This document shows positions 11,182 to 22,204 of a DNA stretch of 64,000 bases, piece after piece. The stretch's first letter is position 1. Every line of letters starts with the position of its first letter. Below the pieces are notes generated by a model. The model ran no database searches, was not told the DNA's origin, and worked only from the letters and a program-made list of their open reading frames with translations. The position numbers were made by a program, and so were the translations under genes. Origin of the DNA: Eledone cirrhosa (taxonomy: Eukaryota); the NCBI GenBank assembly GCA_964016885.1, contig OZ024753.1, positions 19,034,001 through 19,098,000 on the forward strand. The letters are read 5' to 3'.

Positions 11182-11362
11182 ACGGTGGATTGGCAGTATC
11201 GGTGGAGGGTCGGACGCCATGCTTTCCAGCATAGTTACGTCCCTTTACGATCTGAGTTCAAATCCCGCCGAGGTTGACTTTGCCTTTCATCCTTACGGGG
11301 TCGATAAAATAAAGTACCAGTAATGCACTGGCCTTGTGCCTAAAGTAGAAGCAATTATTATT
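11182..11362 (+). mobile_element. tRNA-derived SINE (Meta/MESC-like central domain) nested in family X
   Basis: GGTGGATTGGCAGTATCGGT head, GAGTTCAAATCCC B-box, GCCTTTCATCCTTACGGGGTCGATAAAATAAAGTACCAG core, (ATT)n tail; flanking duplication TTATTAAAGGAC. Confidence 0.88.
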
Positions 11363-11400
11363 AAAGGACTTGAACATCTGAAACTACTTCGCTTTTACTT

Positions 11401-11443
<43 letters not shown>

Positions 11444-11465
11444 GTGAGTGTATATATATGTATAT

Positions 11466-12757
11466 ACTTAGGGTAAACATTGATGCAATTCAATTCGAGC
11501 ACTCAACGTACTTATTCCACAGAGGAGTGACGGAGTAAATATCGAATAAGGAAAAGCGAAGTAGTTTCAGATGTTCAATTCTTTTAATAATAATGCTGTT
11601 ATATATATTTCAATGGCGGCAGTGGCCACACTGTTCTGTGCGCCAGTGTCGCGACATTGTCAGACAGCTTGCTACATAATAAGGTTATGTTTCCGAGGCA
11701 ATCCAAATTGAATCAACATGGGAACGGACGAAGTGTGTGCTTTTGGGTTCTTCATCCATTCCTCTGTGAGTATACATAGACAAATTGGCAATCATATTGA
11801 TCATCTATCTCATTTTGAATATATGTACTCTGCGTTTTTGCATTTATTCATTTATTAGTTTTTTCTTTTGTGTACTGTATATCTGTTTTTTGGGGGTTTT
11901 GTTTCATGCGATGGAAATTCTAACTATGTACCCTGTTAACTACTACATTTCATACTGTAATTTACTCTCCGTTCTACTGTACGTTACTATCGTTCAGTAT
12001 GTAGATAATATAACTGTAACATTAATACCCCTTTCAAAACTTCTTACTTAAACATCTCTCTGCATATTATTTACTCACTTCAATCTATATTTTTTTTACT
12101 CGCCTCAATCCAGATTCCACTTCAAAAAATATTTAATTTTTAATTTCTAAATTTTGATATTTGATTTCTGATTTTTTATTTTAAATTTTAATTTTTAGTT
12201 CTAATTTCCAACTCTCATTCATAATTTTCACTGTGAAACCATGATACCTAGAATTAAGTATATTTTCTCTTAGAGGTTGATGGTCAATTATACTGTCCAT
12301 GCCTAATGAAAGGTAGTATTGAGACCTATAGATACTCACACTCTACCATCCCCACTGGTTTTCGACTGACTGCCACAGACGTGGTAGGTAGCAGTAAGAT
12401 ATATTACAAGCCTGAATGGGTCAATGATTGGCTCAGAGGGGGGAACTGACTAAGCGAATTTCGTTGAAATCTGCGGTAGCTAATGGTCAACATCCTTCGG
12501 ACCTGCGCCTGCGCAGACCGGTGGGGTGAATTAGTACTCTCAGAGGAATGGATGAAGAACCCAAAAGCACACATTTCGTCCGTTCCCATGTCGATACAAT
12601 TTGGATTGCCTCGGAAACATAACCTCATTATGTAACAAGCTGTCTGACGATATTGCGACACTGGCACACAGAACAGTGTGGACACTGTCGCCATTGAAAT
12701 ATATACACAGCATTATTATTAAAAGATTTGAACATCTAAAACTACTTCGCTTTTCCT

Positions 12758-12762
<5 letters not shown>
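11466..12762. mobile_element. Family X fold-back copy 2 (SINE-free), HHRs at 11594-11669 (-, G8 mutated) and 12639-12711 (+)
   Basis: 11466-11772 is in the same orientation as 9887 onwards; 11773-12762 is inverted; gctgt-CTGACGA...GAAA-tatatac-acagc. Confidence 0.75.
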
Positions 12763-12803
<41 letters not shown>

Positions 12804-12920
12804 AAGAATTCATATCTAGTAACATATATATACATACAAATGCATATTGATGCTAGCAAATATATAGGTTTTGTCTTAATAACATTGTGGTTCAATGCAT
12901 GGGGTTGCAGAACAATAATA

Positions 12921-13188
12921 TAAGAGACGTAAAATAAGAAAATTATAAAATTAACTTACTTACTAAAATATCCCTTCCAACTAATTAGTTTCTGGAATGG
13001 AGTAGATACATCTTCCGAAGAAGGTGTAGAGAAACATCCCGTCATCAGATGAGAATTGACTTTCCTGATGACGGGATGTTTCTTTACACCTTCTTCGGAA
13101 GATGTATCTTCTCCATTCCAGAAACTAATTAGTTGGAAGTGATATTTTAGTAAGTAAGTTAATTTTATAATTTTCTTATTTTACGTCT

Positions 13189-13193
<5 letters not shown>
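12921..13193. repeat. Fold-back inverted repeat, ~128-bp arms, 16-nt spacer
   Basis: 12921-13048 is the reverse complement of 13065-13193 with few mismatches; the same tail recurs at ~33505-33560. Confidence 0.92.
13060..13139 (+). ncRNA. Type I hammerhead ribozyme with UUCG sub-hairpin in stem II
   Basis: ctttc-CTGATGA-c-gggatg..cattcc-a-GAAA-ctaattag-TT-ggaag; palindromic stem III ACTAATTAGT. Confidence 0.78.
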
Positions 13194-13274
<81 letters not shown>

Positions 13275-13811
13275 TACATACATACATATATACGTCTATA
13301 TGTGCCTATATGCGTGTGTGCGCACGCATACAGTATAAGCATTAAGCAGGATAATAGTCATATAATATATGTATGCGTGTGTGTATATATATATGTATAT
13401 ATGCATATGTTTATTTGTACACATATGTCTCTCTGTATGTGTAACTGTGTATGTGTGTGTGTGTGCATTTATAAGTCCATGTATCCACATTAGTTAGAAG
13501 TGTTCTATCTTGAGCAGCATCACACTACACTATCTACCATGCAAATTAGCCTGCTTAATGTCTGCTTCCATTACATGCCTAGGGGAGATGTATGCAATTA
13601 CAACAGCGTTACATGACTCCTTGGTACGTCCTCTACATACTGATCTGGTTGGTAATGAAGGAACCAAACTACACTTAACTCCATCGTGTATACAATCGAG
13701 AAAATGATTAGTTCCACAATTTTTGAAAGAAATGAAACCTATGTTAAAATGTCTTTCTACAAGGCTTATCTGCATATTTCCTAATTTTGACGTATAAATC
13801 TTCATGTCTTT

Positions 13812-14016
13812 TCTAGGGCGGGTAAAATTCCCGAGATCCATGGACGAGTTCTCTCCAGCGGTTTCTGTCCCTCATTATCGCTGCCATGTCCTGTGTCTCC
13901 AACAGACCAGTGCCTGTCCTTAGGGGATCAGCATACGTTAACGTTGGTTTTCCTCTTCCAGTGAGTCCATGTAGGGGCTCCCACAGGAGCACTGAGTGCA
14001 ATGTCAACTCTGGATG
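13812..14016 (-). mobile_element. RTE LINE 3' fragment
   Basis: Matches 61112-61316 (LLWEPLHG..GRG.P.LTY). Confidence 0.9.
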
Positions 14017-14096
14017 TCTTCATATGTAATACAACAAATCACGTCCTTGAGTATAATTGTGATTTTGTGGAGATTAGATAATATCCAATCCAATCA

Positions 14097-14515
14097 TGGG
14101 TTTTCTCATTCCTGTTGGGGCAGCCCCTCCCTGGTTGACCTCCTATCCAGCGCCATGTCACTCCTGTTGGAGCAGCCCCTCCCTCGTTGACCTCCTATCC
14201 AGGGCCATGTCACTCCTTTTGTGGAACTCTCCCTTCGTTGATCTCCTATCAAGAGTTTTCTCACTCCTGTTGGCGAGCCCCTCCCTCGTCGACCTCATAT
14301 AAAGGATCATGTTACTCCTGTTGGGGAGCCACTCCCCCGTTGATCTCCTATCAAGGGTTTTCTCACTCCTGTTGGGGTGACCCTCCCTCGTTAGATCTCC
14401 TATCCAGTGCCTTCTTACTCCTGTTGGAGGAAGCACTTCCTGGTTGACTTCATATCCAAACCAATCCAGGACCTTCTCACTCCTGTCAGAAGAACCCCTC
14501 CCTAGTTGACCTCCA
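14097..14515. repeat. 51-52 bp minisatellite, ~8 copies
   Basis: CTCCTGTTGG-like register at 14109, 14161, 14213, 14264, 14315, 14366, 14418, 14480. Confidence 0.92.
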
Positions 14516-14704
14516 CCGCTATCTGTTCGGTATGGTACCTTTGGGGGGTGTAACTTTGCTCACCACACTTAGAAAATTGTTGTTTGGTGAGGCTATTTAA
14601 CACATATTAATGGTCGATTGTTGACTCTGAGTAGTTCACCCACCTTTTCAACAGTTCTTGTTCTTTTGTGCTTCTGGGGTTTCACTATCTTTCCTCTCAT
14701 GAGG

Positions 14705-14745
<41 letters not shown>

Positions 14746-14857
14746 CAAGTTTTCCAAGAGATGTTAACATCAATGGATCTGTTATTTTTATCTAAAGTCA
14801 TTTCTTCCAATACCCCAATCCCCACCATCTCTTCAATCTATCCTATTTCTCATTCTT

Positions 14858-14893
14858 TCTTCTGATGAAGGACTAGCATCCGAAATGTTAAGA
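14858..14893 (+). ncRNA. Minimal type I hammerhead motif
   Basis: tctt-CTGATGA-a-gga ctagca tcc-GAAA-tg-TT-aaga. Confidence 0.72.
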
Positions 14894-14985
14894 CCATCCT
14901 CCTGCTATATCAAGCGTTAACCTAATATATTCCGTCCATATACTGTACTGATCGTGGTGTTATTTCTGTTTATATTTTACATACA

Positions 14986-15040
<55 letters not shown>

Positions 15041-15122
15041 ACGCGGATGTCTAAATATGTATATACATATGGAAATAATTTCAATTTTCCACGTTTGTAA
15101 TGTCCAAGCCAGATCAACAACT

Positions 15123-15260
15123 GTTTACGTCCCTTTACCATCTGAGTTCAAATCCCGCCGAGGTTGACTTTGCCTTTCATCCTTACGGGGTCGATAAAAT
15201 AAAGTACCAGTAATGCACTGGTAATTGCTGGCCTTGTGCCTGAAGTAGAAACAGTTATTT
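15123..15260 (+). mobile_element. 5'-truncated tRNA-SINE
   Basis: Matches 11234-11360. Confidence 0.88.
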
Positions 15261-15544
15261 CATATTACTTCACTTTCATTATACAGTGTAACTTTATACT
15301 ACGCTGTTCACCACGTTGGCACGACTCTCCATTACTGCGATATGTTGACACAAGAAATGTAATATATGTAATGTAAATTTAACTTCTTTTCTGTCTTTGA
15401 ATGCCTAGAAAACTCTTTCCGTGAAAATAAATGTTTGTGATGGACAATTATAAATTAGATTATATTCAAGGTTCATTCATTGCAGCCTTGGCACAGGTGA
15501 TGTATTTTGCAGTGAAAACATTAAAAAATGTCCTTCACCGTCCT

Positions 15545-15760
15545 GCCATTGGAGTATTGAACAGGAATTTCCAGAATCAAATTTAAGAGAATTTTTTGGG
15601 GTATTTTGGTGAATGCAACATCAGGTTAGTCCAATTCAACATAAATTAGCAATAACAGCTTTCCTACCAATTCTAACCCCGTGTTACTGTGTGTCTGTAC
15701 TTGCAGCTATAACGATAATAAAACAAATATCAGAATAGGGCCATCATACCCTAAAGAACA
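15545..15760 (+). pseudogene. Decayed hAT (Charlie/Buster-like) transposase C-terminal remnant
   Basis: Translates FW*MQHQVSPIQHKLAITAFLPILTPCYCVSVLAAITIIK then (frameshift) YQNR, resembling the FW...LLPF.TTYLCE.GFS....IKTKYRNRL pattern. Confidence 0.45.
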
Positions 15761-16175
15761 TCACTGACACGTTTCAACACAACTGATGCCATACTGTGTT
15801 AAATAAGCAAATTATTCTCTGGAGATATTTAAGATTAGTAAAGTTCTGTCTGGAAAATGTTGTATATTATTTTGCTTGTTTTGATACGTGTCATGTTTAT
15901 TTACTGACTTCAGAATTTTATCATTCTGGACGAGCGTCTCGAGAAACCTCGTCTCGTTGCCGCAAGAGAAAATCATTTGTAAAATAACGTGGACGAGACA
16001 CCATTCATTTATGCACTAGATGAATTAGTATGAATTAATGACAAAGTGAACATTGATTTTTATGTAATGCTAGATTGAGAAAAACTTGTACCCAGAGTAC
16101 AGATATATTGATGTATATGAATACTCATACATACATTTACACACACACACAGATATATATATATATATATATATA

Positions 16176-16654
16176 TTAGAACATAGAATAGCTTTCACCG
16201 TATTTTTGACTAAAGGAATTTTAGCCTGACAATGGGGTTTAGAATCCTCAGATAAATGGAAAAAGATGAGTATTGACGTACATGGGAGTCGAACCCACAT
16301 CTTTGGTTATCGCGACCACTGTGCTACCATTACACCAACACATCACCCGTCTCTTTCCATTTAAATTAGAAGCTACATTCTTAGCGAGTTTAAATGGCAA
16401 GTAAGTATGTTTTGAAACAGTGAGCAGGTTTGAAATTAGAAAATAGAATAGCTGTCACCGTATTTTTGACTAAAGGAATTTTAGCCTGATAACCAAAGAT
16501 GTGGGTTCGACTCCCATGTACGTCAATACTCATCTTTTTCCATTTATCTGAGGGTTCTAATCCCCATTATCAGGCTAACATTCCTTTAGTCAAAAATACG
16601 GTGAAAGCTATTCTATTTTCTAATTTTAAACCTACTCACTGTTTCAAAACATAC

Positions 16655-16655
<1 letters not shown>
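16176..16655. mobile_element. 260-bp tRNA-containing repeat unit, partial tandem plus inverted copy
   Basis: 16176-16229 recurs at 16435-16489 (offset ~260); 16488-16655 is an inverted copy; flanked by (TA)n. Confidence 0.75.
16274..16344 (-). pseudogene. tRNA-like cloverleaf (non-canonical anticodon loop)
   Basis: gatgtgt/gtacgtc acceptor, TGGTGTAATGGT A-box, tggt/acca anticodon stem, gtggg-TTCGACT-cccat T-arm; no U33. Confidence 0.7.
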
Positions 16656-16685
<30 letters not shown>

Positions 16686-16714
16686 TTATATATATATATT
16701 TATATATATATATT

Positions 16715-17272
16715 TGTTTTATGAGGTTTTTGATATGAAATCATGTGTCGAAAAAATATTGTTATACTTGGGGAGGGTCATATTGTTGTAATAATATTGC
16801 CAGAAATAATAACAGAACACACTCACTGTTTGGTTGGTTTACGCTTCTGTATCTTTCATATCTCCACAGTTAATTCATTTCGTCCGCAATGTTTACAATT
16901 GACTGACCAACGGTCAAATCAAAAATACAGATATAATATAGATATAAATATATATATAGTCTAAGAAAGTTATTTCGTTGCACATCTGCAACATCATCAG
17001 TGGTACTATTATGTTCCTCCTGTTGTATTGATGATGTTGCAGATGTGCAACGAAAGAACTTTGTTAGACTATATATATATGTGTTTATATCTATATTATA
17101 TCTGTATTTTTGACTGTTGGTCAGTCAATGATAAACATTGAGGACCTAATGAAATAACTGTGGAGATGTAAAAGATACAGAACCGAAAACCAACCAAACA
17201 ATGGGTGTGTTCTGTTATTATTTTAGGCAATATTATTACAACAATATGACCCTCCCAAAGTATAACAATATA
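16715..17272. mobile_element. Family Y non-coding PLE-like element, fold-back with HHR motifs at ~16958-17008 (-) and 17028-17070 (+)
   Basis: 16757-16999 is inverted at 17029-17272; CTGATGA-t-gttgca gatg tgcaac-GAAA; homologous to 48990-49310 and 57655-58200. Confidence 0.75.
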
Positions 17273-17347
17273 TATATAAATACATAGATATGCATAGTCA
17301 TGTATATATACTATAAATGCATATATATATACACACACACACGCATG

Positions 17348-17379
<32 letters not shown>

Positions 17380-17386
<7 letters not shown>

Positions 17387-18121
17387 AGATTTGAATGGAT
17401 ACAGTTTAGTTGAAAGGAATTTATTGACACGTGTTTCTATAACAGTTACATAACCTAAAACAGCTATCTACAAACTTTTAGTTATGCAGACATTCAATAT
17501 TTCAATGTTATTATTTACTGTCATTTCATCAGAATAATATTACTGAGGACCTATTTAGTTTTTATAGAGAATATTAGGAGGGAGGGGTGAAGTTGTTAGA
17601 AGAATAGTTGAAGGAGTGGTTTTTCGATAGCAGTGAGAATTCTTGGTGGCAGTGAGTAATTAGATTCCCATCTGTTGTTTTGACATTTTTTATGGAATAT
17701 ATTATTGGTTATTTTTCTAAATCTATAGAAGGATTAGAGATAGTAAAGATATGCGTGGTTGGTTTTTTGTTTTTGCACTTAACATTCAGACTTAAATTTT
17801 TCTTTCAAGTGTACGTATTCTTTCACCCACGCATTCACACACAAATATATTTGCACACCTCTACAAAATACATATACTCACAATTCACATATTCATACTT
17901 ACATATATACATGCATACACATATATATACACACATGTATTCATGTACATACATACGCGCTCATGTGTATACATTTTCATACTCAACTTATCTTTATATA
18001 TACACACGTATAGACACACACATATATACATACATACTCTAGTCCATGTGTACACACGTACGCATACATACACATCCACATACACATACATACATACACA
18101 TATATATATACATATATATAT

Positions 18122-18170
<49 letters not shown>

Positions 18171-18800
18171 CCCACACACACACATATACACATACACATA
18201 TATATATATATATATATAAGCACTTTAATACATGAATACACTTACGTCTAACTATACACATCAAACATATATATATATTTACTTATTTATATACATTTTC
18301 ACATATATATACATACTTATGGACGTTTTTAGACACATTCATTATCGCATATTTGTACCTATTCTCATCAGCATATCTTTTCATTATTAGTATGGTAATT
18401 TAAGGTTATTAATATATGTTGAGAAGAGATTGTTTTTATATTTTTCTAACTAGATTAAGGTTTATATAGTTGGGGGATGTCCCTCTTTTATGTAATATTC
18501 GGCTTGTAGTGGGAAAAAAGGGTTTTAGTTCTGTGACGGCAGAATAATGTTCGTTCAATTCTGTTATTCAGCAGTTTCTTCTTGTGTGTGATTATGTAAT
18601 AAATCTCAAGATTACACAATTTGCAGAAATTTTGGCTCCTGGAAAAGCTTTGGGTTTTAGCTAATTTTTCCCATTTTTGGGTAAACTTTTGATTGCTATC
18701 CCTGAGCGTCCAAGCTTTTTCTGCTAAAGTTGTTACATTTCTTTGGCTCTGGTGTTTTATTGAGTAAGAATGCCTATACAATCGGGCTTCATTAGAAATT
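17380..18800 (-). mobile_element. Hydra-like PLE 3' fragment (EN C-terminus 18488-18800, 3' UTR, decayed HHR ~17490-17537)
   Basis: TTLAEKAWTLR..W....FCKLCNLEIYYII...LLNNR.E...CRH aligns with the EN end at 35115-35400. Confidence 0.8.
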
Positions 18801-19021
18801 TAAAGACGCTGGTCTGAGACCTTTACTTCCCTCCGAAGAAGAGATATTATCTTCAAAATTAAGGTCATTTAAATAAATTCAAGGTGAAAGACAAATTCAC
18901 ATCAATATCTTTCACTATTGCATTCTTTTTTCTATGTCCATATCTGCATTGTCTTGGCCTTATTACACATTCTAACGTTTATACCTCATTACACAATGCT
19001 TCAAGTGAACTATAACCTCCT

Positions 19022-19022
<1 letters not shown>
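18801..19022 (+). mobile_element. pLTR-like fragment with decayed HHR (~18829-18865)
   Basis: cct-CCGAAGA-agagat att atcttc-AAAA-tta-agg. Confidence 0.4.
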
Positions 19023-19105
<83 letters not shown>

Positions 19106-19258
19106 ATATTTATTAAAATAACAGATTAAAGTTTAAGCAAAGAATCGCTGCTTTCACCCTTAACGGGATCTTCTGAAACTAACAAAGTCAATCTGTAAAC
19201 GCAGAAGTGGATATTTCAAAAAACGTTGCAACCGGAGGAAGACATGAAGACGATACTT

Positions 19259-19543
19259 TGGTTCGTGGAAACGTTCGCTGGCAAAGAACGGGAAAACACG
19301 AATAAGATACGTCATTAATAGGAACGGTGAAAAACAATTACGCGCAAAGATAGAACCACGTTTATGGTATAAAAGAATTCGTAGACTATTGTTCTCTTAG
19401 GTGGTTCATATAGACGTTCTCTGCCAATGAACGAAAAAAACGAAGATAATACGTCATATGTGGACCGTGGAGAACAATTGCACGCAAAGACAAAACCACG
19501 TAAATGGTAAAGCAGAAGTCGTAGACTAAAATTCTAACTAGGA
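19259..19543. repeat. Diverged 143-bp direct duplication
   Basis: GGTTC..ACGTTC..ATACGTCAT..AACAATT..CGCAAAGA..AACCACGT..TCGTAGACTA occurs at 19259 and 19402. Confidence 0.8.
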
Positions 19544-19823
19544 GACCGAATGAATCTCCACTACAGAGTTAAGAACAAAATAAATAAATACAATACAGAA
19601 GTGATAGAAATAAATAAATACATACCCGCAAACAAATACGTACATACACAAGCATACGCAAAACACTTACCATAGGTATACAAAACCACGCACATATAAA
19701 TATGTGTGTGAGTGTATGCGTGTATACAAATAAATAAATAATTAAATAAACGTATATAAATAACTTTGGATTTTAGTCGTGAAATTTATTATTATTACTA
19801 TATATATACATATATATATATAC

Positions 19824-20012
19824 GGGCGGTGGATTGGCAGTATCGGTAGAGCGTTGGACGCCATGCTTTGCAGTAGAGTTAGGTCCCTTTACGGACTGAG
19901 TTCAAATCGCGCCGATGTTTACTTTGCCTTTCATCCTTACCGTGTCGATAAAATAAAGTACCAGTAATACACTGGAATAATTGCTGGCCTTGTACCAAAA
20001 GTAGAAACAATT
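19824..20012 (+). mobile_element. tRNA-SINE
   Basis: Full-length match to 11182-11362. Confidence 0.88.
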
Positions 20013-20194
20013 ATATATATATATATATATAACGAAGGAAATGTGGTAAGGAACCAAGTGGACCATAACCTGAATTAACCGTCGAAACGGCTTGAGCTCA
20101 GCTGTCGGGGTCTTATTTGTTCCTATATATATATATATATTTCAGTTAAAGGTGTACCATAATCCAATTTTATAGAAATTCGACCAATTACATC

Positions 20195-20585
20195 AATTGT
20201 CAAGAATACTCAAACTATACGGTCATATAAAAATATCAACTCGTGGTGTGAGTAGGTTATACCTGGAAGGAAGGTTGGCTGGTAAGAGAAGCAGAGGCCG
20301 GCAGCCGAAACGATGGCTTGATAATGTCAACTTATGGATTGGACTTGATCTTTGCTCTTTGAACTCTGCTGTTAGTGATAGAAAGGTATTATATATTCCT
20401 GGAAGGAAGGTTGATTGGTAAGAGAAGCAGAGGCCGGCAGCCAAAACGATGGCTTGACAATGTCAAATTATCGTCTGGACTTGAACTTTTCTCTTTAAAC
20501 TCTGCTGTTGGTGATCGAACTTTGTGGAGAGAGATCTCACATGTTGATACGCAGTCTGCAACTGGTGGAGTTTAGCGTCACCAAC
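20195..20585 (+). mobile_element. 3' fragment of a second RTE-type LINE family with ~137-bp internal tandem duplication
   Basis: LKLYGHI...LEGRLAGKRSRGRQPKRWLDNV, with the LEGRL..RWLDNV part present twice. Confidence 0.75.
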
Positions 20586-20594
20586 GAGAATAAT

Positions 20595-21045
20595 AACGGT
20601 TTCTGATTTACGCACAAGGCCAACCACTTTGGGAGAGTGGAAAGTCCATTAAATTGACTCCAGCGAATTACTGGTATTTTATGTTATCGACCTCGTAAGG
20701 GTCAAAAGCAAATTTAACCACATCTGAATTTTAATTCACAATGTAAAGGGTCCGATGCTCTACCGATACTAGCAATTCCTAATCCTTACTTTCTCAGAAT
20801 TATGAAGAGGAATGTGACAATACTTGTATATATATTTTCTCTGATTACAATAACGAATAATTGTTTCTACTTTTGGCACAAGGCCAGCACATACCCAGTG
20901 CATTACTGGTACCTTATTTTATCGACCCCATAAGGATGAAAGGCAAAGTTAACCTCGGCGGGATTTGAACTCAGAATGGCAAGGGCCGTAACTCTATGCG
21001 TCAAAGCATGCCGTCCGACCCTCTACCGATACTGCCAATCCATCT
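20595..21045 (-). mobile_element. Two tRNA-SINE copies (20595-20780 diverged; 20858-21045)
   Basis: Reverse complement of the SINE head, core and tail. Confidence 0.82.
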
Positions 21046-21558
21046 TTTAATAATGAATAATGGCATTTTGTTTTCATTTTTATTTTTTAAACAAATAACA
21101 TTAACATCTGTAAGATGAAAGATTAATGATTCAGTAATTCATGTAATTTAAACATTGAAAATCAGGTTGGGTGCAGGCGCATGAATTGGATTTATGTTGA
21201 GATCTTTCTTATGTGTGTAAAACTAATTGCTTAAAAGCATTAAGTGCCTAGTACCAGACACATAAACAACTCCCAACTCACTCTCTCTCTCGCTCTTTCT
21301 TTCTCTCTCTTTATCTCTCTCTCTCTTCCTCTCTCTCTCTCCACTCGTCTGAAAGCGCATGTCTGTTCTATGTTGCTTGAACACTTGACAAGATAATTAA
21401 GAGCATTCAATTGTCTAGAAAGGATTTTACTGATCACTTCTTTGATTATTATGTAAAACATTGGAAGGAAAATGTAATTGACATCTTAGTGCATAATATC
21501 AAGTCAACAAAAACTTATTGACCTGCTGAAGTTACATGGACAGCGTCAAAAGAATTGT

Positions 21559-21908
<350 letters not shown>

Positions 21909-22197
21909 ATGCATGGGAGCCTCCCAAAGGTCAGCTGAAAGGTGACATAGAGAAGACTGAGGTTAGCTGGACATGCTCACCGACATCCAGAGTTGACATT
22001 GCACTCAGTGCTCCTGTGGGAGCCCCTACATGGACACACTGGAAGAGGAAGGCCAAGGTTAACGTATGTTGATGCCCTAAGGACAGACACTGGTATGTTG
22101 GAGACGCAGGACATGGCAGCGATAATGAGGGACAGAGAATTCTGGAGAGAACTCGTCCATGGATCTTGGGAATTTTACTCGCCCTAGATAGATAGAT
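21909..22197 (+). mobile_element. RTE LINE 3' fragment with (TAGA)n tail
   Basis: Matches 61043-61316. Confidence 0.9.
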
Positions 22198-22204
22198 ATA
22201 TATA

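Larger units (their letters stand above)
9887..11405. mobile_element. Family X non-coding PLE-like element, fold-back copy 1
   Basis: 9887-11054 matches 40979-42295 and 42410 onwards; 11055-11405 is an inverted copy of the HHR-containing end; flanked by (TA)n. Confidence 0.75.

Noticed and set aside
13530-13812. Minus-strand 103-aa ORF as a host exon
   Set aside because: Starts inside an RTE tail and has no recognisable motif.
7982-14515. The two minisatellites as CRISPR arrays
   Set aside because: Whole units are conserved with no unique spacers, there are no cas genes, and the context is eukaryotic.
16274-16344. Functional tRNA gene
   Set aside because: The anticodon loop lacks U33 and a purine at 37, the acceptor stem has three G-U pairs, and it sits in a rearranged repeat.
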